Shown here in pieces: positions 13,361-25,344 of a stretch of 64,000 nucleotides of DNA. Below the pieces are notes generated by a model. The model worked only from the letters and a program-made list of their open reading frames with translations. It was not told where the DNA came from and did not search any database. Where the stretch lies: the NCBI RefSeq assembly GCF_004010195.1, contig NC_057719.1:92707465-92771464 (forward strand), in the 5' to 3' direction. The stretch's first letter is position 1. Each line of letters begins with the position of its first letter. The position numbers were made by a program, and so were the translations under genes. Origin of the DNA: Chiloscyllium plagiosum. Taxonomy: Eukaryota.

Positions 13361-13841
13361 TATCAGACTATATTTTTATTATTGTTCTAACTTGAATGGA
13401 TTGCCAACAACAAGACCTGATGGTGGAGGGAACATTTCTCGCCCGTGTGGAGAGAAAAGTGTTTTATGAGCAATTCCTTTGTTGTAGTAATAGAATTTCT
13501 CTGAGATAAGAGGCCTAATTTCAATTTCCCACTGCTGAGCGATGTATGATAACATTTCTGAATATGTTTCTTAGGAAGAACCTACTTGTGTTCTGTACGT
13601 GAACAAAGCAACATCAGGTGTTTGAATACCAGTATTGATAACATGTGCTCAGAAAACTAAGGCAAAACTATGGAATACAAACTGAGAAGATGTAAACATC
13701 AGTTTTGGATTATGGTGAGTCAATGTGAACAAATGATTAACCGAGACAAGGGTGCCCAATATGCACCAAAGATTTTATTTTGCATGGAACTTTTGAATCT
13801 TCGAACAGTAAACAAGCAGCTGACTGTTCCTACTAGTAACT

Positions 13842-14145
13842 TTAGATTAGATTACATTATAGTGTGGAAACAGGCCCTTGGGCCCAACAAGTCCATAGCG
13901 ACTCGCCAAAGCGCAATCCACCCATACTCCTACATTTACCCCTTACCTAACACTACGGGCAATTTAGCATGGCCAATTCACCTTACCTGCACATCTTTGG
14001 ACTGTGGGAGGAACCCGAAGCACACCCACGCAGACACGGGGAGAATGTGCAAACTCCAGACAGTCAGTCGCCTGAGGCGGGAATTGAACCCGAGTTTCTG
14101 GCGCTGTGAGGCAACAGTGTTAACCACTGTGCCACCGTGCCGCCC
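13842..14145 (-). mobile_element. HE1 SINE
   Basis: Reverse complement of the 5242-5550 element, tail ttagattagattac. Confidence 0.95.
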
Positions 14146-14821
14146 ACAAATTGGGTTACATTACGAGGGCCTCTACTGTAAAAACTCTGCACAGGGAGTA
14201 AGACTACAGACCGTAACTCGTTCCCTCTCTTATTCCCTCTGCTCCACAACAACAACTTTTCTATCAGTTCTCTTTGGTGAGTACGTAAAAATACATTCTG
14301 CCAACTAATGCACTGGTGCAAGATCCCTGGCAGTTCGACAGAAACAAAGGTTGCACTCTTTGCGATTGGTGCCCATAGCAATTCTTTGCTGTTCGAATGT
14401 CCTAATCAAAACTAATATTAAGAGTTCTTTTAAGTTTATGTTCACAATTGGTGCAATGTTATAGTTTAAAGCTGACATGAATTATGTAAGAATAGGCAAT
14501 TGGTGAATCAGGAACACTAAGTTCAAGGTTGTGATCTGCACTTGACAAAAAATGGACATTTCAATTGTTAAGATGGATACAGGACTTTGCAGAATCCTAC
14601 AGTGAATGAGCTTTAGTCTGCCTTTGACGCAAGGTGTGTCCAAGTAGAGAGCATTAAATGCACAAGACACGAATCCTGGACCTATTAATAACCCATTTAA
14701 CTGGATGCATGGAACAGAATAATACTGGGAAACAATTAATCAAACGGTTGTGTATTTAAATCTCAATTGGTGGAAAAAAAGTTATTAGTTTTGTTGAATT
14801 ATTAAAGCGAACTTTGAGAAT

Positions 14822-14827
14822 TTTATT
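14822..14827 (-). terminator. Secretory-form polyadenylation signal AATAAA overlapping the ancestral stop codon
   Basis: Minus strand ...TAT CAA TAA AA. Confidence 0.65.
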
Positions 14828-15213
14828 GATATGAATTAACAGTTTCTTCAGTGAAAGTGAACTGTATAAAAAACTCGGTTTATCACCGGATTTATCGACT
14901 GTTCTGTTGATGATCTTCAATGGAATCGCTTCACGTTCCACCAGACAGGAGTAAGAAGCACCACTGGCCCACTTCCCTGCTGTAATGGATAACAGGCTGC
15001 ACATGAAGAAGGAGGTGTTCTCGCTCTCTGACATTGCATCTATGTTCCTGAAGTTACTGGGGTACACCTACTGCTCAATATTTGGCCACTTGACGAAGAT
15101 CTCTCGGGGTGAGAAACCTCTCAGTTAACAGGTGAGGGAGAGAAATCTGCAAAGTGAGACTTTTTCTGTTGAAGGCAGGAGGACAGATACTGATGGATCC
15201 AGCGGATTTATCA
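14823..15213 (-). pseudogene. IGHM: IgM CH4 exon plus secretory tailpiece (disabled)
   Basis: [112 protein letters not shown]. Stops at 15125-15127 and 15068-15070. Acceptor reads cacaa. The tail is frameshifted; the shifted frame reads TVNSYQ*. Confidence 0.95.
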
Positions 15214-15655
15214 TTGTGGAATATTTGAGAAAAACATGAATCAACTATAAAAATTCAGAATCAATATTGCGATTTTACTACATATTAATATATGCAATTT
15301 TAATTTGGGAATTATTCACTTTCATTCTTTAAAGAAGCGGAATGGTATCCATTCTATTTATTAAAATAACAAGTGCAGTTTTATTCACAAGTCGACTCCA
15401 TTTTTCCAGCCCACAAACAGGACATTCTGTCCATTAGTCATTGCCAATGTTTCCATCACACACCAGGCTTCTTCCCACGCAATCGGACTTAATCAGAACA
15501 GAATATCCTTTGGTCTGTATTTTTCTTAATCAGCTGCTTAGGTACCCTGCCATCAGATGCATCACTAACGCTTCCAGTGGTATCAAACCCTGCCATTAAT
15601 GTGACTGGATCTAAATTGCACATGTGGTACTTTGTGTTTTAATCTCGCCGCTCAC

Positions 15656-15962
15656 CTTTCTCCATGTGGATGGAATCTCTCTGAGGAGTCGGTATGTACT
15701 GATGGTTCACCACACATTCAAAATTAACACCACTCAGTCAGGCTTCAGTAGAAATGTCGAATTTGCTGATAACATAGTCGGGATTTTCTCCAGGCTGGTC
15801 AGAAATGTCTAATTTCTGAGGCTTCTTTTCCTGTGTCCAGGTGACATTGACTCCAAAAGGAAGATTGGTCACAACGCAGGTGAACGTCACCGTTGCTTCT
15901 AGTAAGACCTGTTCTACTGGCGGTGGTACAATTTTACCTGTAATCATGGCACTCGGTATTTC
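15656..15962 (-). pseudogene. IGHM: IgM CH3 exon (disabled)
   Basis: Acceptor ttttcatttcatag| then [92 protein letters not shown], donor G|GTGAG at 15656/15655. Conserved Trp is a TGA stop (15738-15740). The frame from a phase-1 acceptor is shifted near the start. Confidence 0.93.
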
Positions 15963-16324
15963 CTATGAAATGAAAATCAAAACAATGAAATATACCTCTT
16001 TTGGATTAAAACGCCCCAATCTTCAGGTTATTTCCTCACAAGGTGAAGACTCCCCTTCGAAATGGCAACTTCCAATTCCTGCTGAAACGATGCTTACTAT
16101 TGTTTAGCTATTTCGATTTGTGAAAACATTTGTGATTACTTGTAACATATCCTATGCAATTATTCCTAAAGAACATTGGCTTTACAAGTGAAACCTGTGA
16201 AAAAGTAAAATCAAAGATACCATGATGTAATCCATGGAGTTATCTTTCACAAGATAATCTGTTCATACTTGAGAAAAGAGTAATCTGACTAGAATGACTT
16301 CATTTTTCTGTTCATGGTTCTTGC

Positions 16325-16332
16325 ATGCAAAT
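16325..16332 (+). promoter_or_regulatory. Octamer motif ATGCAAAT upstream of CH3
   Basis: Exact 8-mer; a near-octamer atttgcag lies at 16417-16424. Function unproven. Confidence 0.3.
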
Positions 16333-17054
16333 GCTGCTGAGCATGCTGAATGCTAAGTACATCTCCAAATTTGATCAAACGTTAATCAATCATAATTATT
16401 CTGTTTGTTCTCACGCATTTGCAGAGGATTTAAAGTGTTACAGGAGGTGTGGACGGCCACAGAAATTCTGTTCAATCTGTTTAACATTTTCGAAAATAAT
16501 TTACACTATTGTTGTGAGACTTTTCTCTAAAATATGCCATGAGATATTATTCCTCATGTGTCGAATTTGGAATAGTTCTTAAAACAAGACATTGAATTTC
16601 TTCGTAAAACAAAAAAAAAGCAAGGAGTGTCTTAAATTAACCTAAAAACTTGGTGGAAATTTGCGGTAGCATTATTCAGACTTTCCCTACTCACTGTGTA
16701 AACATGACCCTCGTGAAACTGGGCTGAAACAGCCTAGCTTTATTTCCTGGTTCATTCATCCCTACTATAGTATTCCCACCAGAATTTATTCTCCTGCCAC
16801 ATCCACTAATAACAGACAGCGTACTGAAGACGCTCAATTAGTACACGTTTTTCCTTGTTAATCAAATGTGATACCTACTTGATCTATAGCCTGGTCCCAT
16901 GAATGAAGTTAAAGCACTCAGTACCAGAGAAAGTCTTTGACGCACAATGTTCAAGTCAAACCGTCATTTCTGAGCATGGAATGAAGCATTGAACACATTT
17001 TGATTTATTGTTAAAAAAGGGTCTCTGTATATTTTTACTGTGTCATTCTGAGAA

Positions 17055-17400
17055 CACAAGATCGTAAAAGCGAGGAGCAGAATGATGGTATTCGACCATT
17101 CCAGTCTGCTCCACCATTCGATCATGGCTGATATGTTTCTCAATCCCATTCTCCTGTGTGCTCCAGTGACAAATGAATCTGTCTTTAATGCGCTCAATTA
17201 TTTAGTGTCCAAAGCCCTCTCCAAAGATTCACTACCCTCTGGCTGAAGAAAGTCCTCCCCATCTCAGTTGCAAATGGTCCTCCCTTTGATTCTGAGGCTG
17301 TGCCGTGGGGGCCTAATCTCGCCTACCGGTGAAAACATCTATTCCACATTCACTCCAACTCACTCTCTCAGTATTTTCTAAATTTCACTGAAATGCCTCT
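17055..17400 (-). mobile_element. CR1 3' end fragment
   Basis: 'ccattccagtctgctccaccattcgatcatggctgat' and 'aagattcactaccctctggctgaagaaa' are typical CR1 3' sequence. Confidence 0.75.
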
Positions 17401-17716
17401 CTGAACATGCCCCCCCACTCCGTTCCCCCTCCCACACACCACCCCTCCACACCATCCCCCCTTACGTTTGATGCCGTTACCAGGTATGGATTCAGCACTC
17501 TGACTGCCCCTCCCAGTATGGTCAGCCAACAAACTACTTAAAAAAATAACAGTTCATTGTCCATATGTCGTCAACATAGAGGGAAACATGTTTTTCTGAT
17601 TTGGCATAATATTGAATTATGAGCAATGCTAATGTAACACAAACTGATATAAGAGATACATTGCATGTTGGCGAATTAGGAACTGCACTGTGCTGTTTAC
17701 CATGTTTGATAAATTT

Positions 17717-18600
17717 GACACAGACCAAGTCCTAAACTATGAAAGTAACCACCCCAACACACACAAACGAAGCTGCATCAGGACACTATTCAAAAGGGCC
17801 ACAACACACTGCAGTACACCAGAACTGCAAAAAGAAGAAGAGGAACACCTATACAAGGTATTCGCCAAAACGGATACCCGCGCAACTTCATCAACAGATG
17901 CCTAAGAGAAAGACCACGGAACGAGGACATACCACAACCAAAAGGACTAGCCACACTACCATACATCAGGAGCATCTCGGAACTGACAGCCAGACTACTG
18001 CGACCCCTAGGACTCATAACGGCACACAAACCAACAGCCACGCTCAGACAACAACTCACCAGAATGAAGGACACGATACCCAACATGAGCAAAACGAATG
18101 TAGTGTACAAAATACCATGCAAGGACTGCACGAAACACTATATAGGACAAACAGGAAGACAGCTAACAAGCCGCATACATGAACATCAACTAGCCACGAA
18201 ACGACACGACCAGCTATCCTTAGTAGCCACACACGCAGACAACAAGCAACATGAACTCGACTGGGACAACACTACTATCATAGGGCAACCCAGACAGAGA
18301 ACAACCAGGGAATTCCTAGAGGCATGGCATCCATCCACAAACTCCATCAACAAACACATCGACCTGGACCCAATATACCAACCACTACAGCGGACAGCTG
18401 AAACTGACAACCGGAAGCGGCAGGGACAGACCACTATAAACACCGGAGGAAACATCAAAGAAGCGCTTCGCAGGAGGCTCCCAAGCACTGATGATGTCGC
18501 CTAGCCAGGGGACGAAACGTTTGCAACAAAAACTTCCAGCTCGGCGAACAGAACCACAGCAACGAGCACCCGAGCTACAAATCTTCGCACAAACTTTGAA
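17717..18600 (+). mobile_element. Penelope-like element, 5'-truncated (same family as 1816-3523)
   Basis: 'TDQVLNYESNHPNTHKRSCIRTLF' and 'NVVYKIPCKDCTKHYIGQTGRQLTSRIHEHQ' (GIY-YIG). Ends ...aaatcttcgcacaaactttgaa. Confidence 0.93.
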
Positions 18601-18624
18601 TAATTAACCTTTACTATACATCTC

Positions 18625-18870
18625 AGGGAATGTTTAATATTAAAGTTAGGAGGGCGGCTTACTCTGGATTGAAACTGTGTTGTACATCTCCTGGGAGTGT
18701 TTTTTTTAGGGAAACTTGGACGAAGGTCTACTCTGCATCTAAACCAAACTGTATTTGACATGATTGCGTTACATAGCACAATGTAGAGGGAGGTCTATCC
18801 AACACATAAGTGAGCTGTACACTCATGGAAACACCTGATGTAACATTACAAAGGGATTTGAACTCTTACC
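18625..18870 (+). repeat. 3-4 degenerate copies of a roughly 65-70 bp shark tandem repeat
   Basis: Recurring motifs 'ttactctggatt', 'ctactctgcatctaaacc', 'tgtacatctcctgggagtgttt' and 'tgtagagggag' resemble the ctttactctgtatctaacc..cctgggagtgtttgatggggacagtgtagagggag unit. Confidence 0.55.
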
Positions 18871-19339
18871 ATTGCCTTCAGATTTCAGAATGCTTGAGAC
18901 CAGAATAAAATGGAACAAAACTTCCGTCGAACCGTTGGTACACCGGTCAATTAAAACCTACTGACGCAGACACTCAGACACATGCACAAAACGTCTTTTA
19001 ACAAATTCCGCAGTGTTTACAAATGAGCTCTGAGCGAACTTTACAAGGTGATATTTGCGACATGTGTGTATTCCAAGCCCCACATGCCTATAGGGTCTTT
19101 GATGGGGTTGGCTAAATGTAGTTTTAATTTGTCTTTAATCTTCTCTTTCATTGTCTGACTATGGTTGACAAATATTGAGCAGAACAGAAGGGTTATAAAT
19201 GAAATCACTGCATTAGACAAAGAACGCGATGCCACCAGAATTTATGAAGCAACTCATTCAAAGGAGACAAGGCTACTTAGCAACAAATCAACTCAAAGTT
19301 TGAGCAAAATGTCTTAATTTCTGCTCATGTATTTTTTGT

Positions 19340-21045
19340 GATAGTGTGGAGTCTGAATGGGTAGCGTAGAGAAATACCAAGGGGCAAAAGCATTTGTGGG
19401 TGTAATATACAGAACCCCAAACTGCAGTGGTGATGTTGGGAATTGCATTAAATAGGAAATTAGAGATGCACGGGATAAGGCAATATTATTCGTGATTTTA
19501 AACTGCACAAAGATTGGGCAAATCAAATTAGCCACAAAAAACATAGAGGAGGAATACCTGGAGTATACACGGGATGGTTTTCTTGACCAGTATGTCGAGG
19601 AACCAACTAGAGAGCAGGACATCTTTTAGTGGTCCCTGTGGAATGAGAAGGGAATCATTACCAATCCAGCTGTGTGAGATCTCTTGGGGATGAGCAATCG
19701 TAACATGATAGAATTTTGTAATCAAGATGGAGAGTGAGCTCACTTATTGGGAGACTAGGGTGCTGAATCTTAATAAGGGAAACTGAAATTATGAGGCTTG
19801 GGTTGACATTGATAGATCGTGGAAAGTTACTTAAAGGGATGACAGTGGATAGGCAATGGCAAAAATTCAAGGAAGGGCATGGGGGAACTGCAACAATTGT
19901 TTCTTCTGTCTGGCACAAAAACAAAACAGGTTAAAGGGCCAATCCATGGCTTAAAAAGGAAATTAGAGATAGTATCCGATTCAAGGATGAAGCATTCAGA
20001 TTGGACAAGAAAAAAGTAGTTCTGAGGATTGAGAGCAGTTTAGAATTCAACAAAGAAAGACGAAGGGATTGATTAAGAAGGAGAAAATAAAGTATGAAAG
20101 TAAGCTTACGGGGGATGTATGGGCGGCACAGTGGTTAGCACTGCTGCCTCACAGCGCCACAGACCCGGGTTCAATTCCCGACTCAGGCAACTGACTGCGT
20201 GGAGTTTGCACATTCTCCCCGTGTCTGCGTGGGTTTCCTCCGGGTGCTCCGGTTTCCTCCCACAGTCCAAAGATGTGCAGGTTAGGTGAATTGGCCATGC
20301 TAAATTGCCCATAGTGTTAGGTAAAGGGGTAAATGTAGGGAAATGGGTGGGTTGCGCTTCGGTGGGTCAGTGTGAACTTGTTGTGCCGAAGGGCCTGTTT
20401 CCACACTGTAGGTAATCTAATAAAGACTGACACTAAAAGTTTCTACAGTATGTGATACGAAATAGCTTGGTGAAGACTAAGGCAGATGCCCTGTAGATTG
20501 AAATGGGGAATGTATATTAGGGGACAAAGAAATGGCTGAGCAACTGAATACATGCTTTAGCTCTGCCTTCACTAAAAAAGACAATTGTACAGGAGATTGG
20601 TGAGGCAGTACTTTGAGTATTCTTTTCAGTTTTGATCACCTTGCTCTAGGAAGGATGTTATCTTATTGGAAACAGTGCAAAAGAAACTTACAGGAATGTT
20701 TACAGGACTCAATGATCTGGGAGAGATTGGACAAGTTTGGACATTTTTCTTCACAGCGTAGGAGGCTGAGGGATCTTTTTGAATTGTATAAGATCATGAG
20801 AGGCATGGATAGGGTGAATACACTGCCTTTTTCGCAGGGTTGTGGAACTGAGGACTAGAGGGCATCAGTTTAAGTTTAGAGGAGAAAGAAAAGAAGAGAA
20901 CCTGACGGGCAACTTCTTTTATACAGATGGTGGTATGCATTTGGAATGAACTGCAATGGAAGCGTTGAGGCAGGTGCATGATCAACATTTAAAAGGACAT
21001 TTGGACAACTACGTTGATAGGAAAGGATTGGGCAGCCATGGACCA
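19340..21045 (+). mobile_element. CR1 LINE (endonuclease region, large internal deletion, 3' RT end), interrupted by HE1
   Basis: 'gtaatatacagaaccccaaac', 'gaccagtatgtcgaggaaccaactagagagcagg' and a 3' part 'ERLDKFGHFSSQRRRLRD..YKIMRGMDRVN'. Confidence 0.85.
20120..20420 (+). mobile_element. HE1 SINE
   Basis: Same head, core and tail as 5242-5550. Confidence 0.95.
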
Positions 21046-21160
21046 AGATTTGTGAAGGTTTATAGCTCAGGTTGAGGTTTAGGGTGTAGGTTTGCTCCGT
21101 AAGCTGTAAGTTTGATATCCAGACGTTTCATTACCTGGCTAGATAACATCATCAGTGGCG
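21046..21160 (-). mobile_element. Solo PLE terminal repeat with hammerhead motif
   Basis: 'tttgtgaaggtttatagctcaggttgagg..agacgtttcattacctggctagataacatcatcagtgg' is homologous to the PLE end at 1816-1930. Confidence 0.75.
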
Positions 21161-21167
21161 ACATATT

Positions 21168-21187
21168 TGTGTGTGTGTGTGTGTGTG
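21168..21187. repeat. (TG)n microsatellite
   Basis: About 10 TG units. Confidence 0.9.
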
Positions 21188-23419
21188 GTATGTCTCTCTG
21201 TGTTAAACTGCATGGACATTTCAGTATCTGTGGCTATGGGAAGCATATCATATTTCCTATGCAATCACTTTCATTGTTCGAGGTCGCCAGCATGCTCTAC
21301 TCGATGGCAGGTGCACAAATGCATTTCAGATGCAATGTGACTTTACTGCTTGACAAAGAGACTGATTCTTACAGGCAGTTTCTATCACAAAGTGTTGGAT
21401 GACAGCTACAGAATGTCATTAGGAGTTATTCACTTTAGTTTTGGTGTCTGAGGTGATGTCTGCTCATCCTGATAATTCATGTCGAACCAAAGGAAATATT
21501 CCATTTCTCTCAGCCTGTAGGGAATTTCTCCAATGTATAGACGATGTACAGGGCCTTCATGTCAATCTTGAGGTGAACGCTTTGGTCTATCATTAGTTGC
21601 CTGGCTGGAGGAATTCACGGCAGAAAGTAAATTCACAGGTCACGTGCTTCCATTCTGTAGAAATGCCTAAAACATATGTATTGGATGATTTAGAGACTCT
21701 CCATTTGAGAGGAAGTGAATTCGAGATTTTGTCATGGCATCTCCCAATCTGAGCATTCCAACTGGGATACCCTCGCCCACATCTCAGTTAAACCCAACAA
21801 GCCCTACATGTCTCCATGCAACAACGTATAATGAAACAAAATGCCTTTTCACTTCTCCATCCGCATCTTGCAGAACCACAAAACCCCATGCATGTGCACG
21901 TGCCTCTCAGGTTCTTTCAGTTGTCCAGCCTGGACTACTGAAAGTGACTATTGTTGTGACAAGGCTTGCTGTCGATTTTGTGCAGTAAGAATCACAACTT
22001 CAGTAGTCATTCTAATTCAACATACTTGTCATGAATTATCTTATGCTCTAAATACATGAAATGGATATCACTGTAATGCGAATCATGAAAGCATTGGAGA
22101 CCATTAATAGATCGATAACAAGATTACAAAACGACCATTTGAAACAGGTGGAAAATGAAACAATACAGATAAGCAAGTTAGAGAAGAATATCAGAGATCA
22201 TATTTGATTAAATGGTTGAGACAAAACAAGAACAGATGAAGGATAAATTGAATATTTCTAGTTTTGAGAAAATAACTGAGTTATAACAGAAAGATCAAAA
22301 ACTGAAGCAATTATGTTGAAAAAGCATACAAAGAAGAAGAATCAGAGTGCAGTAACGAATGTTACAATCTTAAAAATGATGTATTGATGAGAAACTGGAG
22401 ACCATCACATATTCAGGCGAAGGAGAAAGGGGCAGAAGTTCATCAAGTTGTATGATTTGTGGCTTACAGAAAGAAGCTGTGGCAGGTAGCACGTGAATTA
22501 CCTGTAGGCCATTTAAGAGTAACAAAATCTCAAGCCAAAATACAAAAACATTTTTACTGGCCTGGGATGTACTTGAGTTTTGCCAAATATGTCACAGCAA
22601 TCATGTAATTGGAAAACTGCAGGCAGTAATAAAACCATAACCATTGATACCCATTCCTGCATTTGAGGAACCTTTTACAAGGGTCTTAATTGATAGTGTT
22701 GGACCCCTACCTGAAACAAAAATGTGGGAATTAGTATTTGTAACAACAATAGACATGTTCTTTCGATTTCCATTCCAATTGTCCAATATCACTGCTACCA
22801 GGATTGTAGAAGAGTTACTCTTGATATAATCAGATCAAGGGTCAAATTTCACATCAAAATTATTCAGGGAACTTATGGACAGCTTAGGAAGAAAACAATT
22901 TAAATCCACTTCTTACCAACAAGGATCATCGGGAATGTTAGAAAGGCATCAAATTTTAATACTATATTGAGGGCTAATTATAAAAACTATCCAGAAGTTT
23001 GGATAAACGAATTCCATTTGTGCTATTTGTCTTCAGGGATGTACCAAAAGAATCGCCCAATTTCAGTCCATGTGAATGCATTTTTGGGCATAAGGAGAGA
23101 CCACCACTGAAATTAATTAAGGAAAAATTGGAGAGTCAGCGTTCAGTTGCCAACAATTTGGACTAAGTGTGAAATTTTAGTGAAATTGAGTGGGGGAGTC
23201 ATGTGGACAGCATTTAAAAGTAGCACAGCTTTGATGGAACAGAAAGCAGATAAGAGATCAAACAATCACAATTTTGCGTACAGAGATAAATGGTTAGCAT
23301 TACTTCTAGTGAGAGATGGAACTTTAAACGCAAAGTTTAGTGGAACTTATCAAATCGTAAGGATAATAAGTGAGTTGAACTATTGGGTAAGGACTCCAGG
23401 TAGAATGAAATCTCAAGAT

Positions 23420-23697
23420 TAGATTACTTACAGTGTGGAAACTTCGGCCCAACCAGTCCACACCGCCCCTCCGATAAGCAACCCATCCCCCGACATTTGC
23501 CCCTTCACCTAACACTATGGGCAATTTAGCATGGCCAATTCACCTAACCTGCACATTTTTGGACGTGGGAGGAAACACACGCAGACACGGGGAGAATGTG
23601 CAAACTGCACGCAGACTGTTGCCAGAGGCTATAATCGAACGTGGTCTCTAGCACTTGCGAGGCAGCAGTGCTAACCACTGGGCCGCCGTGCTGCCAC
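23420..23697 (-). mobile_element. HE1 SINE
   Basis: gattagattacttacagtgtgg...ggcagcagtgctaaccactg. Confidence 0.92.
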
Positions 23698-25344
23698 AGG
23701 AATGTGTCATGTGAACATGCTCAAAAGGTATTTTGATAGTAAAGGAAAACAAAACGAGAATGTCTTATTGGTAACAACACAGAGTGAAGTACTGGGCTCA
23801 GACCATTCTGAATTGGACATTCCTCGATTTAAATTGCACAATGATGGCGTTCTCATAAATTGGGATAAATTGTTGAATTAACTTCCAGAGAGAAGTCGAA
23901 ATGACCTGAAATATTTATTATTATCCCTTGGGAAGACAATATGGGAATGAATAAGCAAGTACTAATTTAGTGATGCATTATTTTGATATAGGAAATTCTG
24001 TTTCAATTAAGCGAAATCCTTATAGATATAAAACACCAAAGTTGACACAGGTTCAAAGAGAGATTGAACGCATATTCCGAAACAGCATAATCAAACTGAG
24101 TTGCATCAATTGGAGCTCACCCATAGTAATGATGCTACCCATGATTGTGTGTAGACTATCGTAAAGGCAATGAAGTTACAAAGTATGGTTCATGTCTGAT
24201 TCCATGTTTGGAAGACTGTGTTGAAAAGGTGGGACAAACATCTTCTATTTCTAAGTTGGACTTACTCAGCGATACGTGTATCCGAAAGAGTGAAGACAAT
24301 TTCAGCTTTTGTAACAATGAATGGACTACATAATTTAAAATCGTGTCACTTGTACGAAAAATGAGTCAACCATACTTCAAACCTAACCAATAAAGTAATT
24401 TCTGGATTGCCCAGTCGTGTGGTATACATTGATGACCTTGCAATTTTTACCCACATGTGGAAACAACATTTGCAGCATTTATCAGAATTATTCGATCGAC
24501 TTTGGGAGGCATGCTTGATGATAAACCTGGCTAAGTGTGAATTCGTAAAATCTCAAGTTATGTTCCTGGGCCAAGTTATCAGAGATGTGCAGATGACCCT
24601 CCCATACCATCGACGAAGACAGCAGCACTACAACTTCTGGGATTAAACGGGTGTATTTAAAGTTTGCACCAAATTGTAGTGGTATGGTTGCTCCACTGAC
24701 TGACTTATTGAAGAAGTGCATGAAATGTCAGTGGACAGCGCATTGCCAGAAGGCATTTGACAGCCTGAAAGCTGTGTCAATCATTGCCCCCGAGCTAACT
24801 GTGCCTAATTACATAAAACTAATGAAAATGGCTAAAATGTGAGTGATCTCGGTGTCGGTGCTGTATTCTTACAAGAGAACGATGAGAAGATAGAATGACG
24901 CATTAAGTATTTCTTCAGAAAATTGAATATTCACCAACAAAAACCATGCTGGAGAAGGAGACCTTGAGTTTGGTTTTGGTGTTACAACATTTATATTAAC
25001 AGTAGTGGGACAAGTGTCAATATGGATCATAATCCATTAAAGATTTAGGAAAGAAAACTTCCACAATGTTTACATGGAGCTTATTACTGCAGCCATTCAA
25101 TTTAAAATTTGTGCTTGTGTCAGGACGAGAAAATGTAATTGCCGATTTGTTGTCATGGTTTGGATGATGATAGATAGATGCATTTGATGGCAGGAGTAAA
25201 TGGACTGAAATAGAATGCAATAGTGAATAATTGCATGGTTAGAGTAGATGTAACGTATATGTATTGTAGCACAATGATAAAGTAAGACTAAAGATTTTAA
25301 AATGAAACCACCTTTGTAGATTTATAACGTTGCAGAATAGTTAC

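Larger units (their letters stand above)
11089..15962 (-). pseudogene. IGHM: IgM heavy-chain constant-region pseudogene, 5'-truncated (CH3-CH4/Sec-TM1-TM2)
   Basis: Exons translate to shark mu-chain motifs ([68 protein letters not shown]), in the correct order and orientation, with multiple stops, frameshifts and splice defects. Confidence 0.93.

Noticed and set aside
12943..13469. Hydrophobic C/V-rich ORFs
   Set aside because: Translation artefact of TG-rich low-complexity DNA.
13670..14308. 212-aa ORF
   Set aside because: It runs through an antisense HE1 SINE and intron sequence; no domain.
16692..16698. Perfect heptamers CACAGTG (16692 minus; also 41900 plus)
   Set aside because: No nonamer at 12 or 22/23 spacing; such 7-mers are expected by chance.
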